From the NCBI GenBank assembly GCA_965221805.1, contig OZ244913.1, positions 345,724-409,723 of the forward strand: DNA of 64,000 nucleotides, read 5' to 3'. The number at the start of each line of letters is the position of its first letter. The first letter of the stretch is position 1. Of the stretch, positions 18,152 through 27,762 are shown in pieces. Position numbers and translations under genes: made by a program. Below the pieces are notes generated by a model. It made no database searches, was not told where the DNA came from, and saw nothing but the letters and a program-made list of their open reading frames with translations. Source of the stretch: an uncultured Pseudohongiella sp. GTDB lineage: Bacteria > Pseudomonadota > Gammaproteobacteria > Pseudomonadales > Pseudohongiellaceae.

Positions 18152-20323
18152 TTAGTGGATGGTGGTGGCTTCGGCGCGGCCCGAAGGCTTCCGCGTCTTG
18201 CGCGACTTGACCCGGGTCACCCGGGTAACCGCCTTGATCATGCGGATCTTGCGCATCACCCGGGCGAGATGCACCCGGTTGCGGACATTGATCAGCAGGT
18301 TGACCATGCTGAAATGGGCGTCGCGCTCGGCGGTGCTGATCTTTTCGATGTTCGCTTCGGCGCCGGTGATGGCGGTGGCCAGCACGGCGATGATGCCGCG
18401 CTGTTGTTCGAGTTCGACCCGCACTTCGACGGTGAATTCGCCCTGGATTTCCGGGTCCCAGTTCACTTCGACCCATTTTTCTGGATTGGCGCGGAGATCG
18501 GCCACGTTGTTGCAATCGTCGGTGTGGATGACCAAGCCCCGCTCGGCGCTGATGTAGCCGATGATGCGATCACCCGGAATCGGGTTGCAGCAGCGGGCGT
18601 AATTCATCACCGAGCTTTGCGCGTCGCGCACCAGCAGATCGCCGCTCAATTCGGCGCCGGTGGGATTCTCGTTGAGGTCGATCAGCCGCTGGGCCATGGA
18701 ATGGGGCATCCGGTTGCCTAGGCCGATTTCCCCGAACAGGCGGTTGAGCGAGTCGAGCCGCAGTTGTTCGAGCAGGGTGGAGACGGCTTCCCGGGACAGC
18801 TTGTCGAGGCTCGTGCCGAAGCTCGCCAGGGCCTTGGTCAGCAGGCGCCTGCCGAGGGCGGTCGATTCCGATTGCTTCCGGCTCTTGAGGAAGTGGCGGA
18901 TGCTCGTGCGCGCCTTGGCGGTGACGACAAAACTGAGCCAGGCGGGATTGGGCTTGTGGCCCGGCGCGGTGAGGATTTCGACGGTCTGGCCGCTTTGCAG
19001 GGGTTCGCTCAGCGGCGCGAGCCGCCGCTCGATGCGGCAGGCCACACAGGTGCTGCCGACATCGGTGTGGATCGCGTAGGCGAAGTCCACCGGCGTGGAA
19101 CCCACTGGCAACTCGAAAATCTCGCCCTTGGGGGTGAACACGTAAATCTCGTCGGGGAACAGGTCGATCTTCACATGCTCGATGAATTCCAGCGAATTGC
19201 CGGCGCTCTGCTGCATTTCGAGCAGGCCGTTGACCCACTCCCTGGCCCGCACGTGGGCGTTGCTCGGCAAATCCTCGCTGGATTTGTAGAGCCAGTGGGC
19301 GGCGATGCCGTTGTTGGCCATCGCTTCCATCTCCTCGGTGCGGATCTGGATTTCGATCGGCAGGCCGTGCATGCCGAACAGCGTCGTGTGCAGGGCTTGG
19401 TAGCCGTTGGCCTTGGGAATGGCGATATAGTCCTTGAAGCGCCCCGGCACCGGCTTGTACAGGCTGTGGACCGCGCCGAGCACGCGGTAGCAGGTATCCA
19501 CCCGGTCAACGATGATGCGGAAAGCGTAGACATCCATGATTTCAGCGAAGGATTTGCGCTTGCTGCGCATCTTGTCGTAGATGCTGTACAGGTGTTTTTC
19601 GCGGCCGATGGTCCGCCCCGGCAGCCCCTCGCGTTCGAGGCAGGCTTCGAGGGAAGTCTGGATTTTGGTCACCACTTCCTTGCGGTTGCCGCGCACCTTG
19701 CGCACGGCGGCGCCGATGCGGCGGAAGCGCAGGGGGTACATCGCCTCGAAGGACAGCTCCTCGAACTCGATGCGCATCTCGTTCATGCCGAGCCGGTTGG
19801 CGATGGGGGCGTAGATCTCAAGCGTTTCCCTGGCCTTGCGGCGGCGCTTGTCCGGCGGCAGGGCCCGGATCGTGCGCATGTTGTGCAGGCGGTCGGCGAG
19901 CTTGACCATGATCACGCGCAGATCCCGCGACATCGCCATGGCCATTTTCTGGAAGTTCTCGGCCTGGGCTTCGGCCTGGGAACGGAACTTGATCCGGCTC
20001 AGCTTGCTGACGCCGTCGACCATTTCCGCCACGGTGTTGCCGAACTGGGTTTTGACCGCGGTCTTGGTGATTCCGGTGTCTTCGATGACATCGTGCAGCA
20101 TGGCGGCCATCAGCGATTGATGGTCCATGTGCATCCGGCTGAGAATCTCCGCCACTTGCAGGGGGTGGGTGATGTAGCGCTCGCCGCTGCGGCGCAACTG
20201 CCCCTCGTGGGCTTGCTCGGCATAATAGTAGGCCCGCCGCACTTGGTTGATCTGCTGTTTTTCCAGATAACCCGACAGCCCCTCGGCCAGCGAATCGATA
20301 GTGTCAATTTGCGGGGCTGTCAA
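18152..20323 (-). CDS. spoT: bifunctional (p)ppGpp synthetase/hydrolase
   Basis: 723-aa ORF. HD domain (HPLQVAEIL, HDVIEDT), RelA_SpoT synthetase, TGS and ACT regions. Confidence 0.95.
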   Translation of the reverse strand: MTAPQIDTIDSLAEGLSGYLEKQQINQVRRAYYYAEQAHEGQLRRSGERYITHPLQVAEILSRMHMDHQSLMAAMLHDVIEDTGITKTAVKTQFGNTVAEMVDGVSKLSRIKFRSQAEAQAENFQKMAMAMSRDLRVIMVKLADRLHNMRTIRALPPDKRRRKARETLEIYAPIANRLGMNEMRIEFEELSFEAMYPLRFRRIGAAVRKVRGNRKEVVTKIQTSLEACLEREGLPGRTIGREKHLYSIYDKMRSKRKSFAEIMDVYAFRIIVDRVDTCYRVLGAVHSLYKPVPGRFKDYIAIPKANGYQALHTTLFGMHGLPIEIQIRTEEMEAMANNGIAAHWLYKSSEDLPSNAHVRAREWVNGLLEMQQSAGNSLEFIEHVKIDLFPDEIYVFTPKGEIFELPVGSTPVDFAYAIHTDVGSTCVACRIERRLAPLSEPLQSGQTVEILTAPGHKPNPAWLSFVVTAKARTSIRHFLKSRKQSESTALGRRLLTKALASFGTSLDKLSREAVSTLLEQLRLDSLNRLFGEIGLGNRMPHSMAQRLIDLNENPTGAELSGDLLVRDAQSSVMNYARCCNPIPGDRIIGYISAERGLVIHTDDCNNVADLRANPEKWVEVNWDPEIQGEFTVEVRVELEQQRGIIAVLATAITGAEANIEKISTAERDAHFSMVNLLINVRNRVHLARVMRKIRMIKAVTRVTRVKSRKTRKPSGRAEATTIH

Positions 20324-20399
20324 CGCTGGCTCCTGTCTGCTGCGAAAATCCCCGTTCCTGGAATTTTTTTCTCAAGCGAAACAAAGGGGAGGCTCTGGC

Positions 20400-20732
20400 T
20401 TAATCAGGGCTTTCCCCAGCCTCGGGTTCGGGCGGGTCCGGGTTCTCCGGCGGGGGCGCGGCGAGTTCCGGCTGTTCGAGCATGATTTCCATTTCCTGCT
20501 CGATTTCCCCGATATGGATTTCCGGCTCGGTCTTGGCGGTGAGGATTTCGGGGCCGATCAGCCCATCGGCGATCTCGCGCAGGGCGAGCACCGTGGGTTT
20601 GTCGTTTTCTTCGAGAACCAGCGGGTCCTTGCCCGCGGTTTGCAACTGCCGCGCGCGCTTGCTCGCGACCATGACCAACTCGAAGCGGTTTTCAACCTTG
20701 TCGAGACAATCTTCAACAGTGATTCGCGCCAT
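20400..20732 (-). CDS. rpoZ: RNA polymerase omega subunit
   Basis: Internal ATG at 20732 gives [30 protein letters not shown], the canonical RpoZ N-terminus. The longer track ORF (to 20909) is rejected. Confidence 0.9.
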   Translation of the reverse strand: MARITVEDCLDKVENRFELVMVASKRARQLQTAGKDPLVLEENDKPTVLALREIADGLIGPEILTAKTEPEIHIGEIEQEMEIMLEQPELAAPPPENPDPPEPEAGESPD

Positions 20733-20905
20733 GATATCTACCTGGTATCGTCTTTCGTTGCCACTGGGCCGTTGCCATCGGAACCCCGCCAACCGGCGAA
20801 GCGCGGGCAATCCCCGCCCAAGCCGAACCGCGAATTTTACCGGATCGCCACCGCGAGCCGCAATTCCCACATCGCCGACGCTTGGAATGACGGGGAAACC
20901 GCCAT

Positions 20906-21091
20906 TCACGCCACCCGCCAGTCTTTCGCGTGCTTGTCGACCTCATCGGGCTCGTAGGCGATCCAGGTTTTGAAGTTGTCGGTCAGTTCAACCGAGTCAT
21001 CGACCATCACCACATAAAGCCCTTCGAGCCAGACCTCGCGGTAGGCGCGGTGGCCGTCAAGGATATGGGACATGGCATCGACAAATTTCAT
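20906..21091 (-). CDS. small hypothetical protein, DUF2829 (Tad2-like) pattern
   Basis: 61-aa ORF that exactly fills the gmk-rpoZ spacer. N-terminus [19 protein letters not shown] and C-terminus [19 protein letters not shown] match my recollection of the DUF2829 consensus (F..A...l..G....R..W ... W.P...D..A.DW.v). Confidence 0.4.
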   Translation of the reverse strand: MKFVDAMSHILDGHRAYREVWLEGLYVVMVDDSVELTDNFKTWIAYEPDEVDKHAKDWRVA

Positions 21092-21207
21092 TTTGACTTA
21101 CCGCCGGGCCGCGGCGATTTGGCCTTGACAGCGCCCATTGTAGTTTCACTTTGCCAGCTCGTCATCAGTGCGGGCATTCCAGTTTCCCAATTTGGCCGCC
21201 GCCGCGT

Positions 21208-21816
21208 TCAATTTTGACATTGCAACCCGGAATGCTGGCGAGATGGCCCATCCCGCCGCAGGCGGCGGGCGCGGATGATGGCGCGGATATCGGCGAGGGC
21301 GGTGTGGAAATCGTCGTTGGTTACGAGGTAGTCGGCCTTGCCGGCTTGGGCGATTTCCCGCTCCGCCTGCTTCATGCGCCTGTCGATGGTTGCGGCGGCG
21401 TCGAGGGCGCGGGTCTCGAGGCGCTGGCGCAGGGTTTCGATTGACGGCGGCAGGATGAAGATCGAGCAGGCGCCGGGGTCGAGTTCGCGAACCTGGTCGG
21501 CGCCCTGCCAGTCGATTTCGAGGATGACATCAAAGCCTTCCCCCCGCTGTTGCCCGACCCAGCCCCGGGAAGTGCCGTAGCGGTGGCCGTAGACTTCCGC
21601 GTGTTCGAGAAAATCGCCTTCGCCGAGCTTGCGCTGGAATTCGCCGGGGCTGACGAAGAAATAATCGATGCCATCGCGCTCGCCCCGCCGTTGCGGGCGG
21701 GTGGTGTGGGAAACCGAGATGCGCAGCGATTCATCGCCGGCAACGAGGTCCCGCACGAGGCTCGTCTTGCCGGCGCCCGAAGGCGCGGTGATGATGTACA
21801 GCGAGCCTTTAGCCAT
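21208..21816 (-). CDS. gmk: guanylate kinase
   Basis: 202-aa ORF with P-loop APSGAGKTSL and SHTTRPQRRGERDGIDYFFV. Confidence 0.95.
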   Translation of the reverse strand: MAKGSLYIITAPSGAGKTSLVRDLVAGDESLRISVSHTTRPQRRGERDGIDYFFVSPGEFQRKLGEGDFLEHAEVYGHRYGTSRGWVGQQRGEGFDVILEIDWQGADQVRELDPGACSIFILPPSIETLRQRLETRALDAAATIDRRMKQAEREIAQAGKADYLVTNDDFHTALADIRAIIRARRLRRDGPSRQHSGLQCQN

Positions 21817-21853
21817 CGGCGGCGGCCTGGGGCGGCGGTCGGGCTAGCCTGGC

Positions 21854-22741
21854 CTAGCGCACGCCGCCGGGCTTTTGCAGGGCGGCAATGCGGTCCTCCA
21901 GCGGCGGGTGCGAAAGGAACAGCGCCCGCAGGCCGGTGGGTTTGCCGCCGTTGATGCCGAAGGCGGCGAGTTCGCCGGGCAGATCCTCGGCTTGGTTCTG
22001 TTGCAAACGCTGCAGCGCGGCGATCATTTTTTGGCGGCCCGCGAGATCGGCGCCGCCGGCGTCGGCGCGGTATTCGCGCCAGCGGCTGAACCACATGACG
22101 ATAATCGTCGCCAGAATCGAAAGCACGATCTGGGCGACGATGGAAACGACGAAGTAGCCGATGCCGAATCCGCGCTCGTTGCGGAACACGACCCGGTCGA
22201 CGAAGTGGCCGATGATGCGGGAGAGGAAAATCACGAAAGTGTTGAGCACCCCCTGCAACAGGCCCATGGTGACCATATCGCCGTTGGCGACGTGGGCCAC
22301 TTCGTGGCCGAGCACGGCTTCGGCCTCGTCCGGCGTCATTTTTTGCAGCAGGCCGCTGCTCACCGCGACAAGGGCGTTGTTGCGCCGCATTCCCGTGGCG
22401 AAGGCGTTGACGTCATTGGAGGGAAAAATCCCCACCTCCGGCATGCCGATCCCCGCCTTTTGCGCCTGGCGCTCGACGGTTTGCAGCAGCCAGCGCTCCC
22501 GCTGGTTTGAGGGCGAGTCGATCACTTGCACTTTCATCGCCCGCTTGGCGGACCATTTGGAAAGCGCCAGCGAGATGAAGGAGCCGCCGAAACCGAAGAT
22601 GGCGGCGAATATCAGCAATGACGTCATATTGAGGCCGGTGCCGCTCGAAAGCAGCATCTGTTCGATTCCGAACAGCCGGAACGTCAGGCTGACCAGCAGC
22701 AGCACCGCGAAATTGGTCAGGAGAAGAAGCAGGATACGCAT
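21854..22741 (-). CDS. htpX: zinc metalloprotease HtpX
   Basis: 295-aa ORF with TM helices and HEVAHVANGDM (HExxH). Confidence 0.9.
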   Translation of the reverse strand: MRILLLLLTNFAVLLLVSLTFRLFGIEQMLLSSGTGLNMTSLLIFAAIFGFGGSFISLALSKWSAKRAMKVQVIDSPSNQRERWLLQTVERQAQKAGIGMPEVGIFPSNDVNAFATGMRRNNALVAVSSGLLQKMTPDEAEAVLGHEVAHVANGDMVTMGLLQGVLNTFVIFLSRIIGHFVDRVVFRNERGFGIGYFVVSIVAQIVLSILATIIVMWFSRWREYRADAGGADLAGRQKMIAALQRLQQNQAEDLPGELAAFGINGGKPTGLRALFLSHPPLEDRIAALQKPGGVR

Positions 22742-22798
22742 GGCGGAGGCCCCATTGATTAATTTTCAGTCCCCGAAATGATGGGGACAAGCGGCGGA

Positions 22799-23662
22799 TT
22801 ATTCAACATTCTGGACTTGTTCGCGGATTTGCTCAATCAGCACTTTCAGGTTGATCGCGTTGCGGGTCGTCTCGATGGCGGCTGACTTGGAGCAGATCGT
22901 GTTGGCTTCGCGCATCAGTTCCTGCATGAGGAAGTCGAGCGCGCGGCCGGCGGGCTCGCTGGCGCCGAGCAGCCGCTCGAGTTCGTTGACATGGGCGTCG
23001 AGCCGGTCGAGTTCTTCGGCGATGTCGGCCTTTTGCGCGAGCAGCGCGGCCTCCTGCTCGACCCGCCCCGGCTCCAGGCCGGCTCTCAGTTCGGCGATGG
23101 CGTCCAGCAGGTTTTGGCGCTGGATGGCCAGAATCTCCGGCAGGGACGCGCGCACCCCGGCGAGAATCTCCCGGATCGATTCGGCCCGCTCGCGGATCGC
23201 CGCTTCGATCTCCCCGCCCTCCCTGGCCCTGCCGGCGAGCAGTTCATCGAGCGCGCCGCCGAAAAGTGACAGGGCGGCCGCCTCGAGCGCGGTGTCTTCC
23301 GTTGTTTCCTCCTCGACCACGCCGGGCCAACGCAGAATGTCGAGGCTCGAAGGCAGCCGCGAGTCGCCGTAGTGATTGTGGATTTGCTCGCCGGCCTCGG
23401 CGAGGGCGGCCAACACCCGGGGATTCAGCCGCAATGCTCCCCCAGCCGCCCCGGACGCCTTGAAGCGCAGGGTGCAATCGACCTTGCCGCGCCTCACGCG
23501 GCCGCGAACGCTCTTGCGAATCGCGGCTTCCAGCCCGCGAAACGCCTCCGGCAGCCGGATCGAGGTTTCCAGGTAACGATGATTGACCGATCGAATTTCC
23601 CAAACCAGGGTTCCCTGCCCCAGTTCGGCCTGCTTGCGGCAAAACGCCGTCATGCTCAACAT
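22799..23662 (-). CDS. yicC: YicC family protein (stress-induced, putative endoribonuclease)
   Basis: 287-aa ORF. MLSMTAF...WEIRSVNHRYLETSIRLPE and C-terminal ANTICSKS...IEQIREQVQNVE match YicC. Confidence 0.85.
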   Translation of the reverse strand: MLSMTAFCRKQAELGQGTLVWEIRSVNHRYLETSIRLPEAFRGLEAAIRKSVRGRVRRGKVDCTLRFKASGAAGGALRLNPRVLAALAEAGEQIHNHYGDSRLPSSLDILRWPGVVEEETTEDTALEAAALSLFGGALDELLAGRAREGGEIEAAIRERAESIREILAGVRASLPEILAIQRQNLLDAIAELRAGLEPGRVEQEAALLAQKADIAEELDRLDAHVNELERLLGASEPAGRALDFLMQELMREANTICSKSAAIETTRNAINLKVLIEQIREQVQNVE

Positions 23663-23822
23663 TCGCTATCCCCGCTCCAACCAACCCAACCCCAACCGCC
23701 CCCATTCTAGCGCAACAACCGGAAAAGCGAGGCGGAGCCTCCCGCTTCGTCATTCCGCATGACTTGGCTTTTCCCTGAGTAAGTGGATACTACACTTCTG
23801 CATCCCGGGACACCGGAACGAG

Positions 23823-25004
23823 TTGGCGATGGACAAGAGCGGAAATGGAAAACTTGCCGGATTGTCTGAGAATCCGTTCGCGCCCGGCCACGGCCAGCGT
23901 CCACCGCATCTCGCGGGACGCAAGAAGGAGATTTACGACATCTTCAAACATGTCGGCGCCACGGCAAATGGTAAATTGGTCGCTCGCGACCTGGTGATCT
24001 ACGGACCCAAGGGATCGGGCAAGACGGCGTTGCTGCGGGAAATCGCGGAAAAACTCGAGAACCTTGGGGTGCATGCGACACTGGAACTGATGACGGCGAC
24101 TGACATGCAAAGCGCGGAGGACGCGCGCAGGGAACTGATCGGCGTCGTGGGCCAACCATTGTGGGAAGCGCTTAAGCCACAGGAATGGGGGCTGGATTGG
24201 CGGGGAGTGCGAACAAAGTGGCAGCGGGGCGAGCTTTCGCGAAGCGAAGTGCGCAAGGGCTTGGTGGCGAAATGCAAAAGCAAACCGCTGATATTGCTCA
24301 TTGACGAGGCGCACTTGATGTCACCCGCGGCACTCGGCGAGTTGCTCAATGAAGTGCTGACCATTCGGGGCAGGGGCGGCCCGATAATCGTCGTCTTGGC
24401 GGGCAAACCGAAACTGGCGGAACTGGGGAATCTCTCTCAGGTTGCGTTCCCGGAGCGGGGCGAAGTCATGAGCCTTGGCCTGCTGGATGAGCAAAGCTCG
24501 GGCGATGCCGTGCGAATTCCATTGGGCAGCACTGGCTTGGGGGTTACCGAAACGGCATTGCGGCGGATAGTCGCCGACTGCCAAGGCTATCCGCAATTCC
24601 TGCAGTTATGGGGGAGTGCCTTGTGGCTAAGAGCGAGCGAATCGGGCAAAGACATACTTGACGACTCGGATGTCGATCAGATCGAACCGGAGATGAGTTC
24701 GGAGCGTGAAGAAGTACATCTAGGCAGATTCGCCGGCTGGAAAGGCGCGGACAGGGAATTGCTCGTGAATGTCGCAAGTGATCTTTCTCGCGACGGCTGG
24801 GTGGAAAGACCGAGATTGGAAGCCATGGTCAAAGAAATCCTGCTGCGGCAAAATCGGCAAGCCGATCAATGCGCTGCCGTGGTGGAGCAGATGGTGGAGT
24901 CCGATTTTCTCTGGCGACCCCGAGGCCAGCCAAAAATGGTGCCGGCCCTGCCAAGTTTGGTCTCGTTCGTTTCGAAGCAGAGAGAGTCTGGTTACAGTAG
25001 CTAA
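23823..25004 (+). CDS. orphan P-loop NTPase (AAA_16/ATPase_2/ORC-like) with C-terminal helical/wHTH-like region
   Basis: 393-aa ORF. NPFAPGHGQRPPHLAGRKKEI lead-in, Walker A GPKGSGKT, Walker B LILLIDEAHLM. Lies in the island between yicC and rph. Confidence 0.7.
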   Translation: MAMDKSGNGKLAGLSENPFAPGHGQRPPHLAGRKKEIYDIFKHVGATANGKLVARDLVIYGPKGSGKTALLREIAEKLENLGVHATLELMTATDMQSAEDARRELIGVVGQPLWEALKPQEWGLDWRGVRTKWQRGELSRSEVRKGLVAKCKSKPLILLIDEAHLMSPAALGELLNEVLTIRGRGGPIIVVLAGKPKLAELGNLSQVAFPERGEVMSLGLLDEQSSGDAVRIPLGSTGLGVTETALRRIVADCQGYPQFLQLWGSALWLRASESGKDILDDSDVDQIEPEMSSEREEVHLGRFAGWKGADRELLVNVASDLSRDGWVERPRLEAMVKEILLRQNRQADQCAAVVEQMVESDFLWRPRGQPKMVPALPSLVSFVSKQRESGYSS

Positions 25005-25189
25005 AATTCAGATGGTTGGTTGGATTATGCAGATAAACGAGCCGGGACATAGGTAAAAATCGCGGGATTTTTAATTCAGAATTCGGGAAACATGCTTGGC
25101 TAATTTTCGTGGGTATAAATATTCCTCTTTACTGCCAGTTCCCGGCACGTTGACGCAGCCGAGAAGTTGATAGTCGTGGTGCAATGACT

Positions 25190-25714
25190 TCAATCAACAT
25201 ACATTTTATCCCTCTCGGCCTTTGCCTGCTCTAATCCATATCGCTGTATTCTAGGCAAAATCCAGTTGATGTGCTGAACCCATGCAGAAAGGTTGGAAGA
25301 CTCTAGGGGGCCAAGTCCACGCTCCCCTATCTCTCTCATTAGCATCAATGCTTCGTGATGCTCTTCATCTGTCGTGCCCAATCTGTTTTGGCTGAACCTA
25401 TGTCCCGCTTGCTCGATGCGATTACGAATGATATGCAGGTCATCAACCACAACACGGATTTCCCAATTGGCTTTATCTCGCCTCTGTGCCAAAGCGGTTT
25501 TTCGTAACCCAGTGCTCCAGCTCCAAGTCCAGATTACCGCGCACACACTGAAAAATGTAGAGCCCCCCACCGCTATCAGGGGCAGGAAGGCACTCAACCA
25601 TGGCATCATTTCAGTCAGTCTAGAAGCAGCCCCTTCCGAATCGACAAGGAGCGTAACAAATATCGAGAGACCAGACAAAATAGAGCCGGGCTTGACAAAC
25701 TCTTTCCAGTTCAT
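25190..25714 (-). CDS. hypothetical 2-TM membrane protein
   Basis: 174-aa AT-rich ORF. Two hydrophobic helices (ILSGLSIFVTLLV; WLSAFLPLIAVGGSTFFSVCAVIW) followed by a charged helical tail. No family recognised. Confidence 0.5.
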   Translation of the reverse strand: MNWKEFVKPGSILSGLSIFVTLLVDSEGAASRLTEMMPWLSAFLPLIAVGGSTFFSVCAVIWTWSWSTGLRKTALAQRRDKANWEIRVVVDDLHIIRNRIEQAGHRFSQNRLGTTDEEHHEALMLMREIGERGLGPLESSNLSAWVQHINWILPRIQRYGLEQAKAERDKMYVD

Positions 25715-25911
25715 TCGCGGATTCCACTCTCACTTGCCGCGCTCGTCAAGGCGATGCGTAATTTCCGGATTGAGTGAAATATACCCAATTAGCATTTGTC
25801 GCTGCGGCAAATTCGACGCATTCCCAAAATCATAAGAATTACACCAGAATCTATCACTCTGCCCATGCCTGTGGAAAAAATCTACAATTCAATTGAATAT
25901 CCAAGTTCTGC

Positions 25912-26946
25912 CTAGCTTTTCTCCAAGTTAGGCCGTTTTTTCCCTCCGTCTCTGACTAAAGGGGATGAATCATATCCATTCTCATTCCAAAGAAAACCTG
26001 GGTGGGGAATTCTATAGTAGCCGTTTTTCTTCGAAACCTTAGATACCACTTTCCCCTCATCTATACCTGATTTAAATCTGCCTAGAGCCCCTTCCAAATA
26101 TGATTCTAGGATTTCGATGCATGTCCATTTCCGGTTGAGCTTTTCGGCCACTTCTCCTGTTACGCAGCTTCCTCCAAAGGGGTCTAACACCAGATTTCCC
26201 GCGTCAGTTAACATGCGAATGAAATACTCTGGCAATGCAGAAGGAAACCTCGCAGGATGTGATTTGATTCCATTTTCTTTGCAGTATCTCATATATGAGC
26301 TATTGCTTTCTGTATTCGGGATTGCAATAAGGTTCGGAGGAATCGCAGCTCCATTATCCACGGAGAACTTTTTGCTTATGTCATGTCCAGAAGGTCGGAG
26401 CTTGGGAGTGTAGCCGTTGTCGAGCAATGTTTTCATACTATCGCTATATGGCTGTAAAACCCGGCGATTACTTGCCTTGGGCCATGGCGTTTTGCACAGC
26501 CACCACACGGTATTCACACCATCCTTCACCCTTATGCGCCGTACGTTCACCCATTCCGCCGGAGTAGGCAACTTTGACGGATTCCACCAATAAAATTCTT
26601 GGGCAAGATTGAAGTCAAATTCCTCACACAACATAATCAGTAATTTGAAATGGTAGAGGCTTCTAACCGGAAGCCCAGGTTTCCATGCTCCGCCCAGATC
26701 TATCACCAAGCTGCCGTCATTTTTCAGTATTCTGTGGAATTGCTCCGCGAAAGATTGGAACCACTCAAGATAGTCATCCTCTTGTTTGTTTCCGTAATCT
26801 TTTTTCCGCGTCAATGCAAACGGAGGACTAGTCATTATCAAATCAACCGATGCATTTTCATAGTTTTTCATAACTTGCAAACTATCGGCATGGAAAATGG
26901 ATCCAAGCTTCGTTTGGTGATATATCTGAGCTTCCTGACTAATCAT
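25912..26946 (-). CDS. beta-class N4/N6 DNA methyltransferase, probably N4-cytosine type
   Basis: 344-aa ORF. Motif IV DLIMTSPPF precedes motif I LDPFGGSCVTG (beta order). The SPPF variant is as in M.PvuII-type m4C enzymes. Confidence 0.9.
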   Translation of the reverse strand: MISQEAQIYHQTKLGSIFHADSLQVMKNYENASVDLIMTSPPFALTRKKDYGNKQEDDYLEWFQSFAEQFHRILKNDGSLVIDLGGAWKPGLPVRSLYHFKLLIMLCEEFDFNLAQEFYWWNPSKLPTPAEWVNVRRIRVKDGVNTVWWLCKTPWPKASNRRVLQPYSDSMKTLLDNGYTPKLRPSGHDISKKFSVDNGAAIPPNLIAIPNTESNSSYMRYCKENGIKSHPARFPSALPEYFIRMLTDAGNLVLDPFGGSCVTGEVAEKLNRKWTCIEILESYLEGALGRFKSGIDEGKVVSKVSKKNGYYRIPHPGFLWNENGYDSSPLVRDGGKKRPNLEKS

Positions 26947-26949
26947 TTT

Positions 26950-27762
26950 TCAGCTCCCTGATAGGTCGAGTTGCTTTAATTTCATTGCATGGCGAGCTTC
27001 TCGCTCAAAAGATCGTACAATCATCGTTGGCTCCCCTCCTATTTTCTTTAAATCGCTGCCGTCAAGCATAACTATAGCGATGTTCGATTGCATCATTATC
27101 TTATTTGCGTAGCGCCTCGCCTCGTTGCCAACCTCACCTGTCGTCAGTAACACAATGACGTTGCTGTTTAGAAAGTGAGTAAGCCCAACCTCTTTGGCTA
27201 CGTCGTCCAACGAGACCTTTGCAGTATTCTTGCATTGGACTTGCCACCGTGAAAAAACCAACCTTGTGCTTTCAAATATCAAATCCACTTCTGCACCTCC
27301 TGTCTGGTTCGCCCGTAGTCTGGTTGCCACATATCTCATGTCGATAATTCGCATGATTTTGAAAGCAAGCGCCTCTAGCGCCAATCCTGCCTTATATCTA
27401 TCAGAGCTATCCAATTCGGAAAGGATGAACGGCAAAGGGGTGCGCAACAATGCAAGCAATTTCGGGTCAGTCTGTCCTTGAATTTGCTCAAGTAGCGGAT
27501 CAATCACATCAGTAATCAGTTTTTCGGTCGGAGTGACCTTATGCGGTTTCGCCCCCCGTCCAGAGGTCATTTTCGTTGTCCGTATGTACCCGGCATTTTC
27601 CAGTTCGTTCAATACTAATTTGGGCAGACTCTTTTCGGGGAATCTTACCCCATACGTGGCGGACGCAAGTCTGGCTATCTCGTTTGCTCCTTGCGGCTCC
27701 AAGCTGCCTGTGTTGGCAAGTGCGCGAAGAAACGCCCTCTGTTCATTAGACAAATCGGCCAA
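26950..27762 (-). CDS. restriction endonuclease, Mrr-cat (PD-(D/E)xK) domain with N-terminal wHTH-like region
   Basis: 270-aa ORF ending 3 nt before the methylase. GAEVDLIFES...WQVQCKNT catalytic pattern. The only start is a TTG lying 88 nt inside the upstream ORF, with no SD seen. Confidence 0.7.
   Translation of the reverse strand: MADLSNEQRAFLRALANTGSLEPQGANEIARLASATYGVRFPEKSLPKLVLNELENAGYIRTTKMTSGRGAKPHKVTPTEKLITDVIDPLLEQIQGQTDPKLLALLRTPLPFILSELDSSDRYKAGLALEALAFKIMRIIDMRYVATRLRANQTGGAEVDLIFESTRLVFSRWQVQCKNTAKVSLDDVAKEVGLTHFLNSNVIVLLTTGEVGNEARRYANKIMMQSNIAIVMLDGSDLKKIGGEPTMIVRSFEREARHAMKLKQLDLSGS

Noticed and set aside
18764-20485. 573-aa plus-strand ORF
   Set aside because: Antisense to spoT and rpoZ. 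No motifs. A shadow ORF.
20733-20909. Long forms of rpoZ (start 20909), prfC (start 56193), secD (start 59438), the creatininase-family gene (start 49066) and the 43568 gene (start 44824)
   Set aside because: The track uses the longest ORF and alternative start codons. Conserved N-termini ([27 protein letters not shown]) or signal peptides begin at internal ATGs, and the extensions cross repeats or neighbouring genes.
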